A DNA stretch of 64,000 nucleotides from Clostridia bacterium (GTDB lineage Bacteria > Bacillota > Clostridia > Christensenellales > DTU072). Below the pieces are notes generated by a model. That model was not told where the DNA came from. It did not search any database and saw only the letters and a list, made by a program, of their open reading frames with translations. The stretch is taken from positions 8,250 through 72,249 of the forward strand of contig JAZSMH010000047.1 of the NCBI GenBank assembly GCA_045535785.1. The letters run 5' to 3'. Both the position numbers and the translations under genes were made by a program. Positions 10,899-19,837 of this stretch are shown in pieces; the stretch's first letter is position 1, and every line of letters begins with the position of its first letter.

Positions 10899-12464
10899 AT
10901 GAACAAAATTAACGCTCTATTGCACAAACTGTTTGGCACCACCCCTAACGATGGTGACATTCAGCCCAAAGAAGCCCTTGCTTTTAGCGTAGCGGGATTT
11001 GGTCAAAACCTTATCTGTACGGTAATAGGTTCTTACATAACCATATTCATGACGGACGCTATTGGTTTCAAAGCACTACCTGTTGCGCTACTTATGCTCT
11101 TTACGAGATTGTTCGACGCCGCTAACGATCCCATTATGGGAAGTATCGTTGACTTCACTCGTACCAAGTGGGGAAAATGTCGCCCTTACCTAAAGTGGAT
11201 GGCTATACCCGTTGCGGTAATGACGATACTCTGTTTCTTGCCTGTATATGGTAACGATACGGCAAGCTTCGTTGGTATCAGTGTAGTTTACGTACTATGG
11301 AGCGTTGTTTATACCATCGTAGACGTACCTTATTGGGGACTTTCTACCGCTATGACTAACGACACCTACAAGCGCGGTAACTTCCTTACTATTGCTCGTC
11401 TTATCTGTATGGCGGGTGCAGGTATAGTAACCATCGTTCTTCCCCAAATCACCAGTGCTATCACCAATTCGGTAAATGCAGATTTTGGTGGCAACACCGC
11501 ACTTGCAGCACCCGTTATCGGTGAAAAACTTAAGTGGACGTACTTTATCGCAGCAGCAGTTTGCTCGGTAGTAGCAATTCCTCTATTCTACGTAGGATTT
11601 AAGGGTACCAAAGAAAGAGTAGAACAAAACGAAAAAGTTGCTTCTCTCAAGCACAACCTAAAATTATTAATTAAGAACAAGCCCCTTATGCTTATCGTTC
11701 TTTCGGGTATACTAGGCGCCGCAAGAATGGGCTTTACCTACACCGGTGGTCTTTACTTTGCAAAATACGTTCTTGCTGACGTTACTTTCTTAGGCGCACA
11801 AGGCGAAGGTATCTACACGTTCATGACGTTAGCAATTCTTCCCGGTGGACTTATTGCTTCCGTACTAGTTCCTTTCTTTACGAAGAAAATTGGTAAGAAG
11901 AACACCTATATTTGGTCGCATATCCTTGGATTTATCGGTCTAGGCGTAGCGTTTATCGTAGGTCTTATCAACAAATCAAGTGGCTATACCGACACCGCTA
12001 CTATGGTAGTATTCTTTATCGGTATCGTTATCGCCGGTATACCTAGCGGATTTACCAACATTCTTACCTACGCAATGATCGGTGACACCGTAGAATATCT
12101 AGAACTTAAGACGGGCGAAAGAGCAGAAGGTATCTGCTTCGCTATGCAAACCTTCATTTCCAAAGTTGGTATGGCAGTAGGCGCGTTCATCGGCGTACTT
12201 TCTTACAATATCGCTAACGTAGAAGCTAACAACGCAGCAGCACTCGACCAAGCGGGCAAAGACACCATGTGGTGGATGCTAGTTGGTTTAGGCGCAATCA
12301 GTATGCTCGCTACCATCATTCCTTTGTTCTTCTATAAGTTCAACGAAAAACAACAACAAGAAGCTATCGCTATCATCAAAGAACGCAAACTTCAAGCAAA
12401 ACTTGCAGAAGAAGGCGAAGTAGAAAGTGAAGTAGAAGAAGGCAAAAACATAGTAGAAGAATAA
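10899..12464 (+). CDS. GPH-family (MelB/GusB-like) MFS sugar:cation symporter
   Basis: DAANDPIMGSIVDFTRTKWGKCRPY motif, ~12 TM, YAMIGDTVEYLELKTGERAEG. Confidence 0.9.
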   Translation: MNKINALLHKLFGTTPNDGDIQPKEALAFSVAGFGQNLICTVIGSYITIFMTDAIGFKALPVALLMLFTRLFDAANDPIMGSIVDFTRTKWGKCRPYLKWMAIPVAVMTILCFLPVYGNDTASFVGISVVYVLWSVVYTIVDVPYWGLSTAMTNDTYKRGNFLTIARLICMAGAGIVTIVLPQITSAITNSVNADFGGNTALAAPVIGEKLKWTYFIAAAVCSVVAIPLFYVGFKGTKERVEQNEKVASLKHNLKLLIKNKPLMLIVLSGILGAARMGFTYTGGLYFAKYVLADVTFLGAQGEGIYTFMTLAILPGGLIASVLVPFFTKKIGKKNTYIWSHILGFIGLGVAFIVGLINKSSGYTDTATMVVFFIGIVIAGIPSGFTNILTYAMIGDTVEYLELKTGERAEGICFAMQTFISKVGMAVGAFIGVLSYNIANVEANNAAALDQAGKDTMWWMLVGLGAISMLATIIPLFFYKFNEKQQQEAIAIIKERKLQAKLAEEGEVESEVEEGKNIVEE

Positions 12465-12491
12465 CAAAAAAACAACCTTAAGAGGTGATTT

Positions 12492-12992
12492 ATGATAATA
12501 TCTTTACCTAAGAGCGTAACCCGAAAAGCGGTGGAAGTTCTCGTACCGCTTGACGAACCGCTTTGCAAACTTTCTCGTATCACAGGCGGTGTACTCGCCT
12601 ACAACTGTAATGGCAAAATCGTCGGTCAAATTTTTAAAGATACCAAGAAGTCGGTACGAGTAAGCGTTGCCGACGGCGGTACGTTGATAGTAACTCGCAC
12701 CGATAACGGTGTAGATATTAAGGACGTAACTTTCGACGAGAAAGAAAATAGGGGAATTAACAAGGTTATTAAGAAGCGTTCTTTTAACGCGGAAGAGTTC
12801 ATTACCTACGGTGACGTATACAAGTCGCAGTACCAACTTTTCTTGCGTAAAAAAGGCGAAGTAAAACCCATTTTAGCGTTCAACGTAGTTCAACACCCGC
12901 TCGACGACGACGTAATTAACGTAAAAGTCAACGACGGCATGAACGTACTATGGGTAATTTTGTTAACTTCCGCAATAGAAATTTTGCGTTAA
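12492..12992 (+). CDS. Hypothetical protein (possibly LURP-one/tubby-C-like)
   Basis: 166-aa ORF with host codon usage and a GAGGTG RBS; fold guess is weak. Confidence 0.55.
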   Translation: MIISLPKSVTRKAVEVLVPLDEPLCKLSRITGGVLAYNCNGKIVGQIFKDTKKSVRVSVADGGTLIVTRTDNGVDIKDVTFDEKENRGINKVIKKRSFNAEEFITYGDVYKSQYQLFLRKKGEVKPILAFNVVQHPLDDDVINVKVNDGMNVLWVILLTSAIEILR

Positions 12993-13017
12993 AATAATCA
13001 CTTTATAATAAAAATGT

Positions 13018-13046
13018 ACGAGCGCGCACGCGTGCGCTCGTTTTTT
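13018..13046 (+). terminator. Intrinsic terminator
   Basis: ACGAGCGC-gcacgcgt-GCGCTCGT then T-run. Confidence 0.8.
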
Positions 13047-13239
13047 ATTGAAAAAAGCAGTAAATAATTGCAATTTGCTTTTCATAAGAGTATAATTATT
13101 TGCATACAAAACTAGGTCAAAATATAACTTTTAGACTTGTTCTAAAAATAAAACTGACAGAGCAGTTGGCGTTCGCTACGCTCGGCTGCACTGTTTGCAA
13201 AGCAAACAATATAACTCAATATAATGCTTGGAGTTAATT

Positions 13240-14037
13240 ATGTACGAAATATACGATAGTCACGCACACATATATCCCGAAGCAATAGCATCGAAAGCGG
13301 CAATAACCATAGGTAAATTCTACGATACCACCATGTCGGCGGACGGGTCGGTTAGTAAACTTCTAGAATCAGGCAAAAGAGCAGGTATATCCCGCTACGT
13401 AGTCCATTCCGTAGCCACCACACCCCACCAAGTAGGGTCTATCAATAGATTTATCGAGAAAGAATGTGCTTTGCACCCCGAGTTTATCGGTTTTATGACT
13501 TTGCACCAAGACATGACGGAAGAAGAAATTGCCCTTGAAGTGGATAATTGCATAAATAAAGGCTTCTTCGGTATAAAAATGCACCCTGATTTTCAAAAAT
13601 TCGCTATAAACAGTGACGAGGCAAGAAAAATTTATCGTGTAGTAGACGGCAGACTTCCCATCCTTTTCCATACGGGCGACTATAGATACAACTATTCCCA
13701 CCCTTCGTTTTTGGCGGAAATCGCTAAAGAATTCCCGAACGGCAAATTCATCGGCGCGCACTTTGGCGGTTGGTCGTGTTGGCAAGACTGCAAGGATATA
13801 TATAAAGGTCTCGACAACGTTTGGTTCGACACCTCTTCATCACTAGGCTTTCTCAATAACGACGAATTAATAACCAAACTTCTGCTAGAAATGGGCACCG
13901 AAAGATTTTTCTTCGGTTGCGACTACCCCATGTGGGACCATAAGGAAGAAGTAGAGCACTTCCTAAAACTCGATCTCACCGAAAAACAACGCGAAGATAT
14001 ATTCAGCAAGAACTTGCGTAATTTCTTAAATATATAA
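13240..14037 (+). CDS. Amidohydrolase family (TIM-barrel) protein
   Basis: DSHAH, GIKMHP, ILFHTG, GAHFGG, FDTSS, FGCDYP motifs; ATG after GGAG. Confidence 0.88.
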   Translation: MYEIYDSHAHIYPEAIASKAAITIGKFYDTTMSADGSVSKLLESGKRAGISRYVVHSVATTPHQVGSINRFIEKECALHPEFIGFMTLHQDMTEEEIALEVDNCINKGFFGIKMHPDFQKFAINSDEARKIYRVVDGRLPILFHTGDYRYNYSHPSFLAEIAKEFPNGKFIGAHFGGWSCWQDCKDIYKGLDNVWFDTSSSLGFLNNDELITKLLLEMGTERFFFGCDYPMWDHKEEVEHFLKLDLTEKQREDIFSKNLRNFLNI

Positions 14038-14078
14038 AATAAAGTTCATTTTTGGGGTAATATTGATTAAAATATAGA

Positions 14079-14106
14079 AAAACTCGACTTTTCTAAGTCG
14101 AGTTTT
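14079..14106. terminator. Bidirectional intrinsic terminator
   Basis: AAAACTCGAC-ttttctaa-GTCGAGTTTT between convergent genes. Confidence 0.75.
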
Positions 14107-14317
14107 AATTTTTATTATTTCCTAAAATATAATTTGCGTCTAAATCAAGTTCCTTACAAAGTTTTGCAAAAGTGTCTAATTTAGGCAATTTTTTTGTAGT
14201 TTTGTACTGAGTAATCATTTCGGGAGAAACACCTATACGCTTTGCGATTTCTATGGTAGTTAATCCACTATTTTTTAACTCTTCGCTTAATCTCTTTTTA
14301 ATAATCGATTCATTCAT
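14105..14317 (-). CDS. XRE-family helix-turn-helix regulator
   Basis: LTTIEIAKRIGVSPEMITQYKTTKKLPKLDTFAKLCKELDLDANYILG; start set at ATG 14317. Confidence 0.88.
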   Translation of the reverse strand: MNESIIKKRLSEELKNSGLTTIEIAKRIGVSPEMITQYKTTKKLPKLDTFAKLCKELDLDANYILGNNKN

Positions 14318-14350
14318 AATGTTATTATATAACCAATGGTTAGATATATG

Positions 14351-14380
14351 TTGACAACTAACCAACAGTTAGTATATAAT
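14351..14380 (+). promoter_or_regulatory. Sigma-A promoter with an inverted-repeat operator in the spacer
   Basis: TTGACA-N18-TATAAT; spacer carries ACTAAC-caaca-GTTAGT. Confidence 0.7.
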
Positions 14381-14413
14381 AACTATATTAATAAATCTAC
14401 GGAGGGATAAGGT

Positions 14414-14767
14414 ATGTATTGTAGTAATTGTGGACGAGAAATAAGTAACATGGTGGAGAGTTGTCCAAATTGTGGTGCGGTTTTACGTGGACATAGTAAT
14501 GTTGTGCGCACAAATGCAAACACGCGTGCACGCTCAGATTATCACGGAAGAACAGGCGAATCAAAACAAGGAATGGGTGTAGTATTTGGATTATTTTTGA
14601 GCATATTAGGACTTATAATAGGTGTGTGTATGTATTCTGATGGTACATTTGAAAGAAGCACCTTTATGAAAGGTTGGGGTATAGGATTTGGTATTAGTAT
14701 AGCAATTGGTGTTATTTGCGGAATAATTTATGGTGCAATTATTGGTGGAATATTAGCAACGTTATAA
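14414..14767 (+). CDS. Zinc-ribbon domain membrane protein
   Basis: MYCSNCG...CPNCG zinc ribbon plus two Gly-rich TM segments; GGAGG RBS. Confidence 0.82.
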   Translation: MYCSNCGREISNMVESCPNCGAVLRGHSNVVRTNANTRARSDYHGRTGESKQGMGVVFGLFLSILGLIIGVCMYSDGTFERSTFMKGWGIGFGISIAIGVICGIIYGAIIGGILATL

Positions 14768-14801
14768 AATGCAAGCATAAACTATATTGCTGAATAGTTC
14801 A

Positions 14802-14836
14802 AAGCGCACGGAATAACTTCGTGCGCTTATTTTTTA
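14802..14836 (+). terminator. Intrinsic terminator
   Basis: AAGCGCACG-gaataactt-CGTGCGCTT then T-run. Confidence 0.75.
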
Positions 14837-14946
14837 TTGGCACGCGTTATTTATGCCAATCCACAACTTCGCACTTGTGTAGTAAGGCGTGTCATTGCAT
14901 GAAGGTTGGTTGTTTTAGTGTTATATACAAAATAATTATCTTCTCT

Positions 14947-15084
14947 ATATATTTTTATCCATAATTTCGTACATAGTACGATACATCATTGTTGACTTTT
15001 AGTCAACTACATCATTTCGACCATAGGTCGATACATCATTTGCCGTAAGGCATACATCATGTTGCCATAAGCAACGCATCATTC
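14947..15084 (-). repeat. ATGATG(T/C) motif + variable hairpin array
   Basis: Five (A)CATCAT(T) motifs on + separated by perfect short hairpins GTTGAC/GTCAAC, CGACC/GGTCG, GCC/GGC, GTTGC/GCAAC, plus a terminal CGTAC/GTACG hairpin. Confidence 0.85.
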
Positions 15085-15118
15085 AAAAAACGTGAGTATT
15101 AATTATTATTACATTGAT

Positions 15119-15343
15119 TTATAAAAATCTCACGTTTTTTGTTATCACGTCCGAGTAAGAGAAGGACACTAGCGAGCCCGTTTTTAGGCGTACGGTGAAT
15201 ATATTAGGATAGGCGTTTTCCAATATTCCTTCTATCATTTCTATTTTATTCCGTCCGCGGTTTACCTTTAATTTTACGTTTAAGCCGATAGCATTTTTTA
15301 TTTTGTCTTTTGTTCCCGATACCGAGTATACTATTTCACGCAT
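15119..15343 (-). CDS. veg: Veg family protein
   Basis: KVNRGRNKI...GILENAYPNIFTV...SFSYSDVIT. Confidence 0.9.
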   Translation of the reverse strand: MREIVYSVSGTKDKIKNAIGLNVKLKVNRGRNKIEMIEGILENAYPNIFTVRLKTGSLVSFSYSDVITKNVRFL

Positions 15344-15386
15344 AATTCACCTTTTTTGTGATTATACCCAATTTGAAAAAAATTAG

Positions 15387-15415
15387 TCATATTATCGTTG
15401 TCTACCTAATACTTT
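15387..15415 (+). promoter_or_regulatory. Possible sigma-E promoter
   Basis: TCATATT-N14-AATACTTT upstream of a spore-coat gene; partial match to the mother-cell sigma-E consensus. Confidence 0.35.
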
Positions 15416-15445
15416 TTAATATAATCGACGGGAGAGACAATTAAT

Positions 15446-16912
15446 ATGGATAACAAATTATCAATCAACGCTAACGTAAAAGAAATAATATCGGAGACGC
15501 TTTTCCACGAAACGTGTGAGATTGCAGAAACCGACGGCAAGATTCTAGGAGTGACCGCAAGTAGCACCATTATCGGGTGTGAAGCACTTAATAGTGAAGC
15601 GCGTGTTTCCGTAAGGACGGATTTTCGCATAGTAAGATTTGACGGAGAGAATTATAATTCGGACGTTATTAGCGTCGAGAGTGTAAAAGTTATTCCTAAT
15701 AGCGGTATCACGCCCACCACCGACGTAGTGCTATTTGCAAGCGTTACCGACTGCGACAAAATATCCGCCTTCAAAGTAAGAGCCACCGTAAGTTTGAGCG
15801 GTTGGTACGTGCAAGAAAGGACGCTCGATATCCTAGATAACAATATGAACGGAGTATTTTGTAAGTGCGAAACTCAAAAAATAGAGCGCGTTATTCCGCT
15901 AGTAATGCAAAAAGAAACGTTATCTAATACCGACGAAGCACGCATGCCGATAGAAAAAATTCTCGATTATAGCGCGGATATTTGCGTAAATAACGTTTAC
16001 TTAAATAACGGTAGTTACCGAGTAGAAGGCGATATCAGTATAAGGATACTTATGGTAACCGATAACAAGCAATTCGTTACCCAAACCTTTAATCACAACT
16101 ACGGTGTGGACTTTGCTGACGAGAACGTAAATAACGACTCGGTAGCCGACGTAGTAGCGTGCATTAAAGACGTCAAGATAACCGTTACCGAAAGCGACAA
16201 GCGCATAATCGTTAGCGACGTTACCGCATCGTTCTATGGAATGATCACCAATACGGTAGAATGTAACAACGTCCTTGACGCGTACTCGCTCACCAACGTG
16301 ATTACTCTATATAAGGAAGACAAGAAGGTAAATACCCATTTTTGTTTGCGTACAGTAAGAGATAAGGTTAGCTCGGTCGTTAAAGACACGGGCGCGGTAG
16401 AAATAATAGGCGCGCTTTGCCCCGTAGTATCTGCCACCAACGTATCTAACGAAGACGGACTTTTCGTTGAAGGCGTAGTAGGCGTCAACGTCCTTTACCT
16501 TACCGAAAGCCACCCCGAAGTGAAGAAGGTAGAAGTACCTTTTAAAGTGCGCGTATCCACCGACTTTATCTGCGACGGCATCATTTGCCCCTTCGTCACC
16601 GTCCCGTCCACCACCGTACGCTTGCGCGGTAGCTCCGATCTAGAAGTCACCGTAGAACTTGTCGTCACCGTGCGCGGTATAAAATTGAATATCATATCGC
16701 TAGGCACCGATTTAGAAATAGGCGACGCCAAAGAAATAGACGACTTTGCTATCAGTTTATACGTAGTAAAGCAGGGCGAAACGCTCTACGACGTAGCCAA
16801 AGCGCTCAACACGGAAGAAAGCACCCTTACGCGCCTAAACGAAGATATATCCTTCCCCCTAAAAGGTGGCGAAAAGGTACTCTTCTATAAAGAAGAACAG
16901 CTAGAAATCTAA
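15446..16912 (+). CDS. SPOCS (DUF3794) repeats + C-terminal LysM spore coat assembly protein (SipL-like)
   Basis: Three beta-rich repeats; C-terminal YVVKQGETLYDVAK LysM motif; adjacent to veg as in clostridia. Confidence 0.8.
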   Translation: MDNKLSINANVKEIISETLFHETCEIAETDGKILGVTASSTIIGCEALNSEARVSVRTDFRIVRFDGENYNSDVISVESVKVIPNSGITPTTDVVLFASVTDCDKISAFKVRATVSLSGWYVQERTLDILDNNMNGVFCKCETQKIERVIPLVMQKETLSNTDEARMPIEKILDYSADICVNNVYLNNGSYRVEGDISIRILMVTDNKQFVTQTFNHNYGVDFADENVNNDSVADVVACIKDVKITVTESDKRIIVSDVTASFYGMITNTVECNNVLDAYSLTNVITLYKEDKKVNTHFCLRTVRDKVSSVVKDTGAVEIIGALCPVVSATNVSNEDGLFVEGVVGVNVLYLTESHPEVKKVEVPFKVRVSTDFICDGIICPFVTVPSTTVRLRGSSDLEVTVELVVTVRGIKLNIISLGTDLEIGDAKEIDDFAISLYVVKQGETLYDVAKALNTEESTLTRLNEDISFPLKGGEKVLFYKEEQLEI

Positions 16913-16944
16913 TACGCAGTAACTTGCTTAACAAAAATAATTAT

Positions 16945-16972
16945 AAGACAACGCGCGTTTCGTTGTCTTTTT
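16945..16972 (+). terminator. Intrinsic terminator
   Basis: AAGACAACG-cgcgttt-CGTTGTCTT then T-run. Confidence 0.75.
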
Positions 16973-17119
16973 AATTACACGCGCATATGCAATATATTAA
17001 TTAGGAAGTAGATTCTTTGGTGTGAACGACCATAAGAAAAAAAATAAAAAAATTTTTTACAAATATCAAAAAAACAGTTGACAAAATCGATTTAGTAGTA
17101 TATTCTAATAGGGCATTGT

Positions 17120-17197
<78 letters not shown>

Positions 17198-17205
17198 CGA
17201 GTTGT

Positions 17206-17282
17206 GGCGGCGTAGCTTAGTTGGTTAGAGCGGCCGGTTCATACCCGGCAGGTCGTTGGTTCGAATCTGACCGCCGCTACCA
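17206..17282 (+). tRNA. tRNA-Met (CAT, elongator-type)
   Basis: Cloverleaf GGCGGCG/CGCCGCT, anticodon loop TT-CAT-AC, CCA end; resembles the Bacillus elongator Met rather than Ile2. Confidence 0.9.
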
Positions 17283-17318
17283 CGAAATCCATAGATAATG
17301 CGACAATGTAAGTACCAA

Positions 17319-17393
17319 GGCCCCTTGGTCAAGCGGTTAAGACATCGCCCTTTCACGGCGGTAACATGGGTTCGATTCCCGTAGGGGTCACCA
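17319..17393 (+). tRNA. tRNA-Glu (TTC)
   Basis: Cloverleaf, CT-TTC-AC anticodon loop, CCA end. Confidence 0.95.
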
Positions 17394-17399
17394 AACAAT

Positions 17400-17475
17400 G
17401 GGAGCATAGCTCAGCTGGGAGAGCGCTTGCCTTACAAGCAAGATGTCATAGGTTCGAGTCCTATTGTTCCCACCA
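17400..17475 (+). tRNA. tRNA-Val (TAC), prophage integration site
   Basis: Cloverleaf, CT-TAC-AA anticodon loop, CCA end; 3' half duplicated at 25330. Confidence 0.95.
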
Positions 17476-17477
17476 AA
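17431..17477 (+). repeat. attL: 47-bp direct repeat
   Basis: CTTACAAGCAAGATGTCATAGGTTCGAGTCCTATTGTTCCCACCAAA, identical to 25330-25376. Confidence 0.95.
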
Positions 17478-17510
17478 ATAAGACGGTTTTTGACCGTCTT
17501 ATTTACTTTT
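17476..17510. terminator. Bidirectional terminator between the tRNA operon and the integrase
   Basis: AAATAAGACGG-tttttga-CCGTCTTATTT. Confidence 0.8.
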
Positions 17511-17526
17511 ATAGCATTTTTTAGCA

Positions 17527-18360
17527 TTATAACGAGTTGTTAATTAAGTCTATCTCGTGTAAAATAGTGTCACTTTTTGAGTATGATATTTTTTCTTTAT
17601 TCAGATAGTACGTCTTCGTAGTTCTCGTTGTAGTATGACCGAGCCACGCTTGGATCGTAGTTTCACGTACACCCAATTCATAGCACATTAATGAGAATGT
17701 ACAACGTAGGGAGCGCACGTTGAATTGTGGCATACCTATTCTTTTTAGGTGACGCTTCAAACACAAGAAGACGTAGTTTGGCTTGTATGAAGTAAAGTAT
17801 TTTTTGTAGTCACCGACGTCACGTAATATTTTTTCTAACTTATCAAACAACGGTAGCACTCTATCGGAGCCTTCTGTCTTGGTTCCGTGAATAAAAACAA
17901 GCTTCTTTTTGAAGTCCACTTCAAAACTGCCGGGAGCAATTAACTCGTTCCTACGTGCACCGGTGTAAAGGTACGTCAGATATAGCGTCTTGTACGGCTT
18001 GCCTTCCAGACTTTTTATAAAGCGGTTGCGCTGACGTTCGTTCATTGGTTCGGTATTCTCAAAGTGATAAACCTTAAACTTTACTGCCAAGATAGGGTTA
18101 AAGTCTATATAACGATTTCGGTATGCGTACTCGAATATATCCGTAACGTACTTTCTAACTTTATCCTGCATATTCGGTGTAGACGAAAGAGAATTGATAA
18201 AGCGCTGCAACTCGATTCCACGTATATCTTCGATATCACGCTCACCGAATTCTTTAAGAACGTGCTTAAGACAATACCGAATCACTTCCAACGTCGCATG
18301 CGACACAAATGGTTTCTTATAAATCTCAAACCAATCATTTACCCAATCACTAAATTTCAT
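17527..18360 (-). CDS. Tyrosine recombinase / phage integrase
   Basis: SAM-like core-binding N-terminus; LYTGARRNE (R), GTKT (K), RSLRCT (HxxR variant), LGH, TKTYY (Y); next to attL. Confidence 0.92.
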   Translation of the reverse strand: MKFSDWVNDWFEIYKKPFVSHATLEVIRYCLKHVLKEFGERDIEDIRGIELQRFINSLSSTPNMQDKVRKYVTDIFEYAYRNRYIDFNPILAVKFKVYHFENTEPMNERQRNRFIKSLEGKPYKTLYLTYLYTGARRNELIAPGSFEVDFKKKLVFIHGTKTEGSDRVLPLFDKLEKILRDVGDYKKYFTSYKPNYVFLCLKRHLKRIGMPQFNVRSLRCTFSLMCYELGVRETTIQAWLGHTTTRTTKTYYLNKEKISYSKSDTILHEIDLINNSL

Positions 18361-19510
18361 TATTCTTTTCGCTTATTATTCTAATTATCTTTTGACGTGA
18401 TATGTACTTTATATAGGGACGTTCGTCTAAGTCCTTAAGGACTTCGTCAAGGTTAGATAGTATATCTTCAGGCGTTTCGATAGAACGCAGCTCGCTAACT
18501 ACAGCTTGATAATACTCGTCTATTTTTTCCGAAGGAATATCGTCATCGAACTTAAACTTATTTAGAATTCCATACCCTTGAATCATTTTACGTCGGTAAA
18601 GTGCGTAGTATAAATTTTTGAAAACGTCGTAAGGGAATAACGGTTGACCTTTTTTGAACGTTCCTTTTAACACGTACTTAAAAACTTGGTGATATTTACC
18701 ACGCGAATCGTCGCACGTTACCGAATAACCTAATTTGAGATTGTCAAATTCTTCTTTAGTTAAGCGGATACCGTTATAGAGCAAATACCAAACCTTCTGC
18801 AAGAAAATTTCTATGTCGGTAAAATACCGTACCAACTTTCCATTGTTAAAAGAATAATCGTTGATATGCTTTCTCTTTTTGTCTAAACCTTTACGGAATA
18901 AAAATAAACAGTGCAAATGGGGGTGATACTCGAATTCATTGCCAACTTGTTTAGTAGTTATTTCTACCGCGCGAATAGCACCAACAAAGCCAAAATTCTT
19001 AAAGTCAATGCCGTTACACTTGCGCTTGCCTTCCATATACTGAATTATGTATGGGAATTTAACATACATTGTGTTGAGAACGTTAAGAAGGGATATACCG
19101 TTGCAATTCGGTACGGTAAATACGGTATGATAAATATCATACGTCTTACGTAACTCGTCTAAATAAGTAGTGTATTTTACTTCGCGACGTTGTGAGAGAA
19201 GATTTTGACAATTAACACAAAATTTGTCTTTACAAAGTTGAATTCTCTTAATATCTTTAACGGACTGAATACGATAATAGTCGATATCCCAATACTTATA
19301 GCAGGTTCTAACGTTGCTTCCTTGGTGATAAAGACGTTCGTTATTTATAGACTCTCTTGATAAAGTTTGATAATAATCGCATATCTCGTCGTTGCGAGAC
19401 ACTCTTTTTGCGCTTTTGCGTATCTTATCAGTCGAAACAATTAAGTCGGAATAGTTCATAATTTGTGTAGAGTTATTTCTATTTAGTTCAAGGCTCGCCT
19501 TTAGGCTCAC
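18350..19510 (-). CDS. rep: Rolling-circle replication initiator (HUH, Rep_1/pC194-like)
   Basis: HTVFTVPN (motif I), YHPHLHCLF (HUH motif II), VFKYVLKG (motif III Tyr); N-terminal CxxC pairs; GTG start after AGAAGG. Confidence 0.9.
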   Translation of the reverse strand: MSLKASLELNRNNSTQIMNYSDLIVSTDKIRKSAKRVSRNDEICDYYQTLSRESINNERLYHQGSNVRTCYKYWDIDYYRIQSVKDIKRIQLCKDKFCVNCQNLLSQRREVKYTTYLDELRKTYDIYHTVFTVPNCNGISLLNVLNTMYVKFPYIIQYMEGKRKCNGIDFKNFGFVGAIRAVEITTKQVGNEFEYHPHLHCLFLFRKGLDKKRKHINDYSFNNGKLVRYFTDIEIFLQKVWYLLYNGIRLTKEEFDNLKLGYSVTCDDSRGKYHQVFKYVLKGTFKKGQPLFPYDVFKNLYYALYRRKMIQGYGILNKFKFDDDIPSEKIDEYYQAVVSELRSIETPEDILSNLDEVLKDLDERPYIKYISRQKIIRIISEKNNEI

Positions 19511-19767
19511 GATTTAGCCTTCTTAAGGGGTGCTGAAGCACGTATTAGACGTTAACGGTTGAGTCCACTATTCGCTGCCGTGAAAGACCATATAACGTTG
19601 CAGGGGTACATCTATGACACTCACGCGTTGGCCCATTATTAGTGGTACGTGGCTAAAGCCATTAAGCTACGTTCCATTTTTAGGGACGTCGGCATTGGCC
19701 TACTGGCGTTCCCACTCATAGCCGACAGGGCTAATAAAGGGAAATTATAAAGGTGAGTTCCGTTTAG

Positions 19768-19825
19768 CTTGCTGGGGGAGGGGGACTGCCCCCACGTTCC
19801 CCCAGCAAGGTTATCAACATAAAAT
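19768..19825 (-). other. Putative double-strand origin (dso)
   Basis: Minus strand TTTTATGTTGATAA (19824-19811) resembles the pC194 nick site TCTTATCTTG^ATA; immediately followed by the 12-bp stem CTTGCTGGGGGA/TCCCCCAGCAAG with an inner GGGGG/CCCCC hairpin. Confidence 0.7.
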
Positions 19826-19837
19826 AATTATCTTACG

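Noticed and set aside
14947-15084. Motif/hairpin arrays (also 5526-5700, 39024-39182, 50833-50991) as CRISPR arrays
   Set aside because: Repeats are only 7-10 nt, spacers are 5-17 nt and self-complementary, and no cas gene is in the window.
15363-15375. TATACCCAATTTG in the veg promoter resembling the phage operator
   Set aside because: Only a half site, and it overlaps the veg -10 element, which explains the TATA part.
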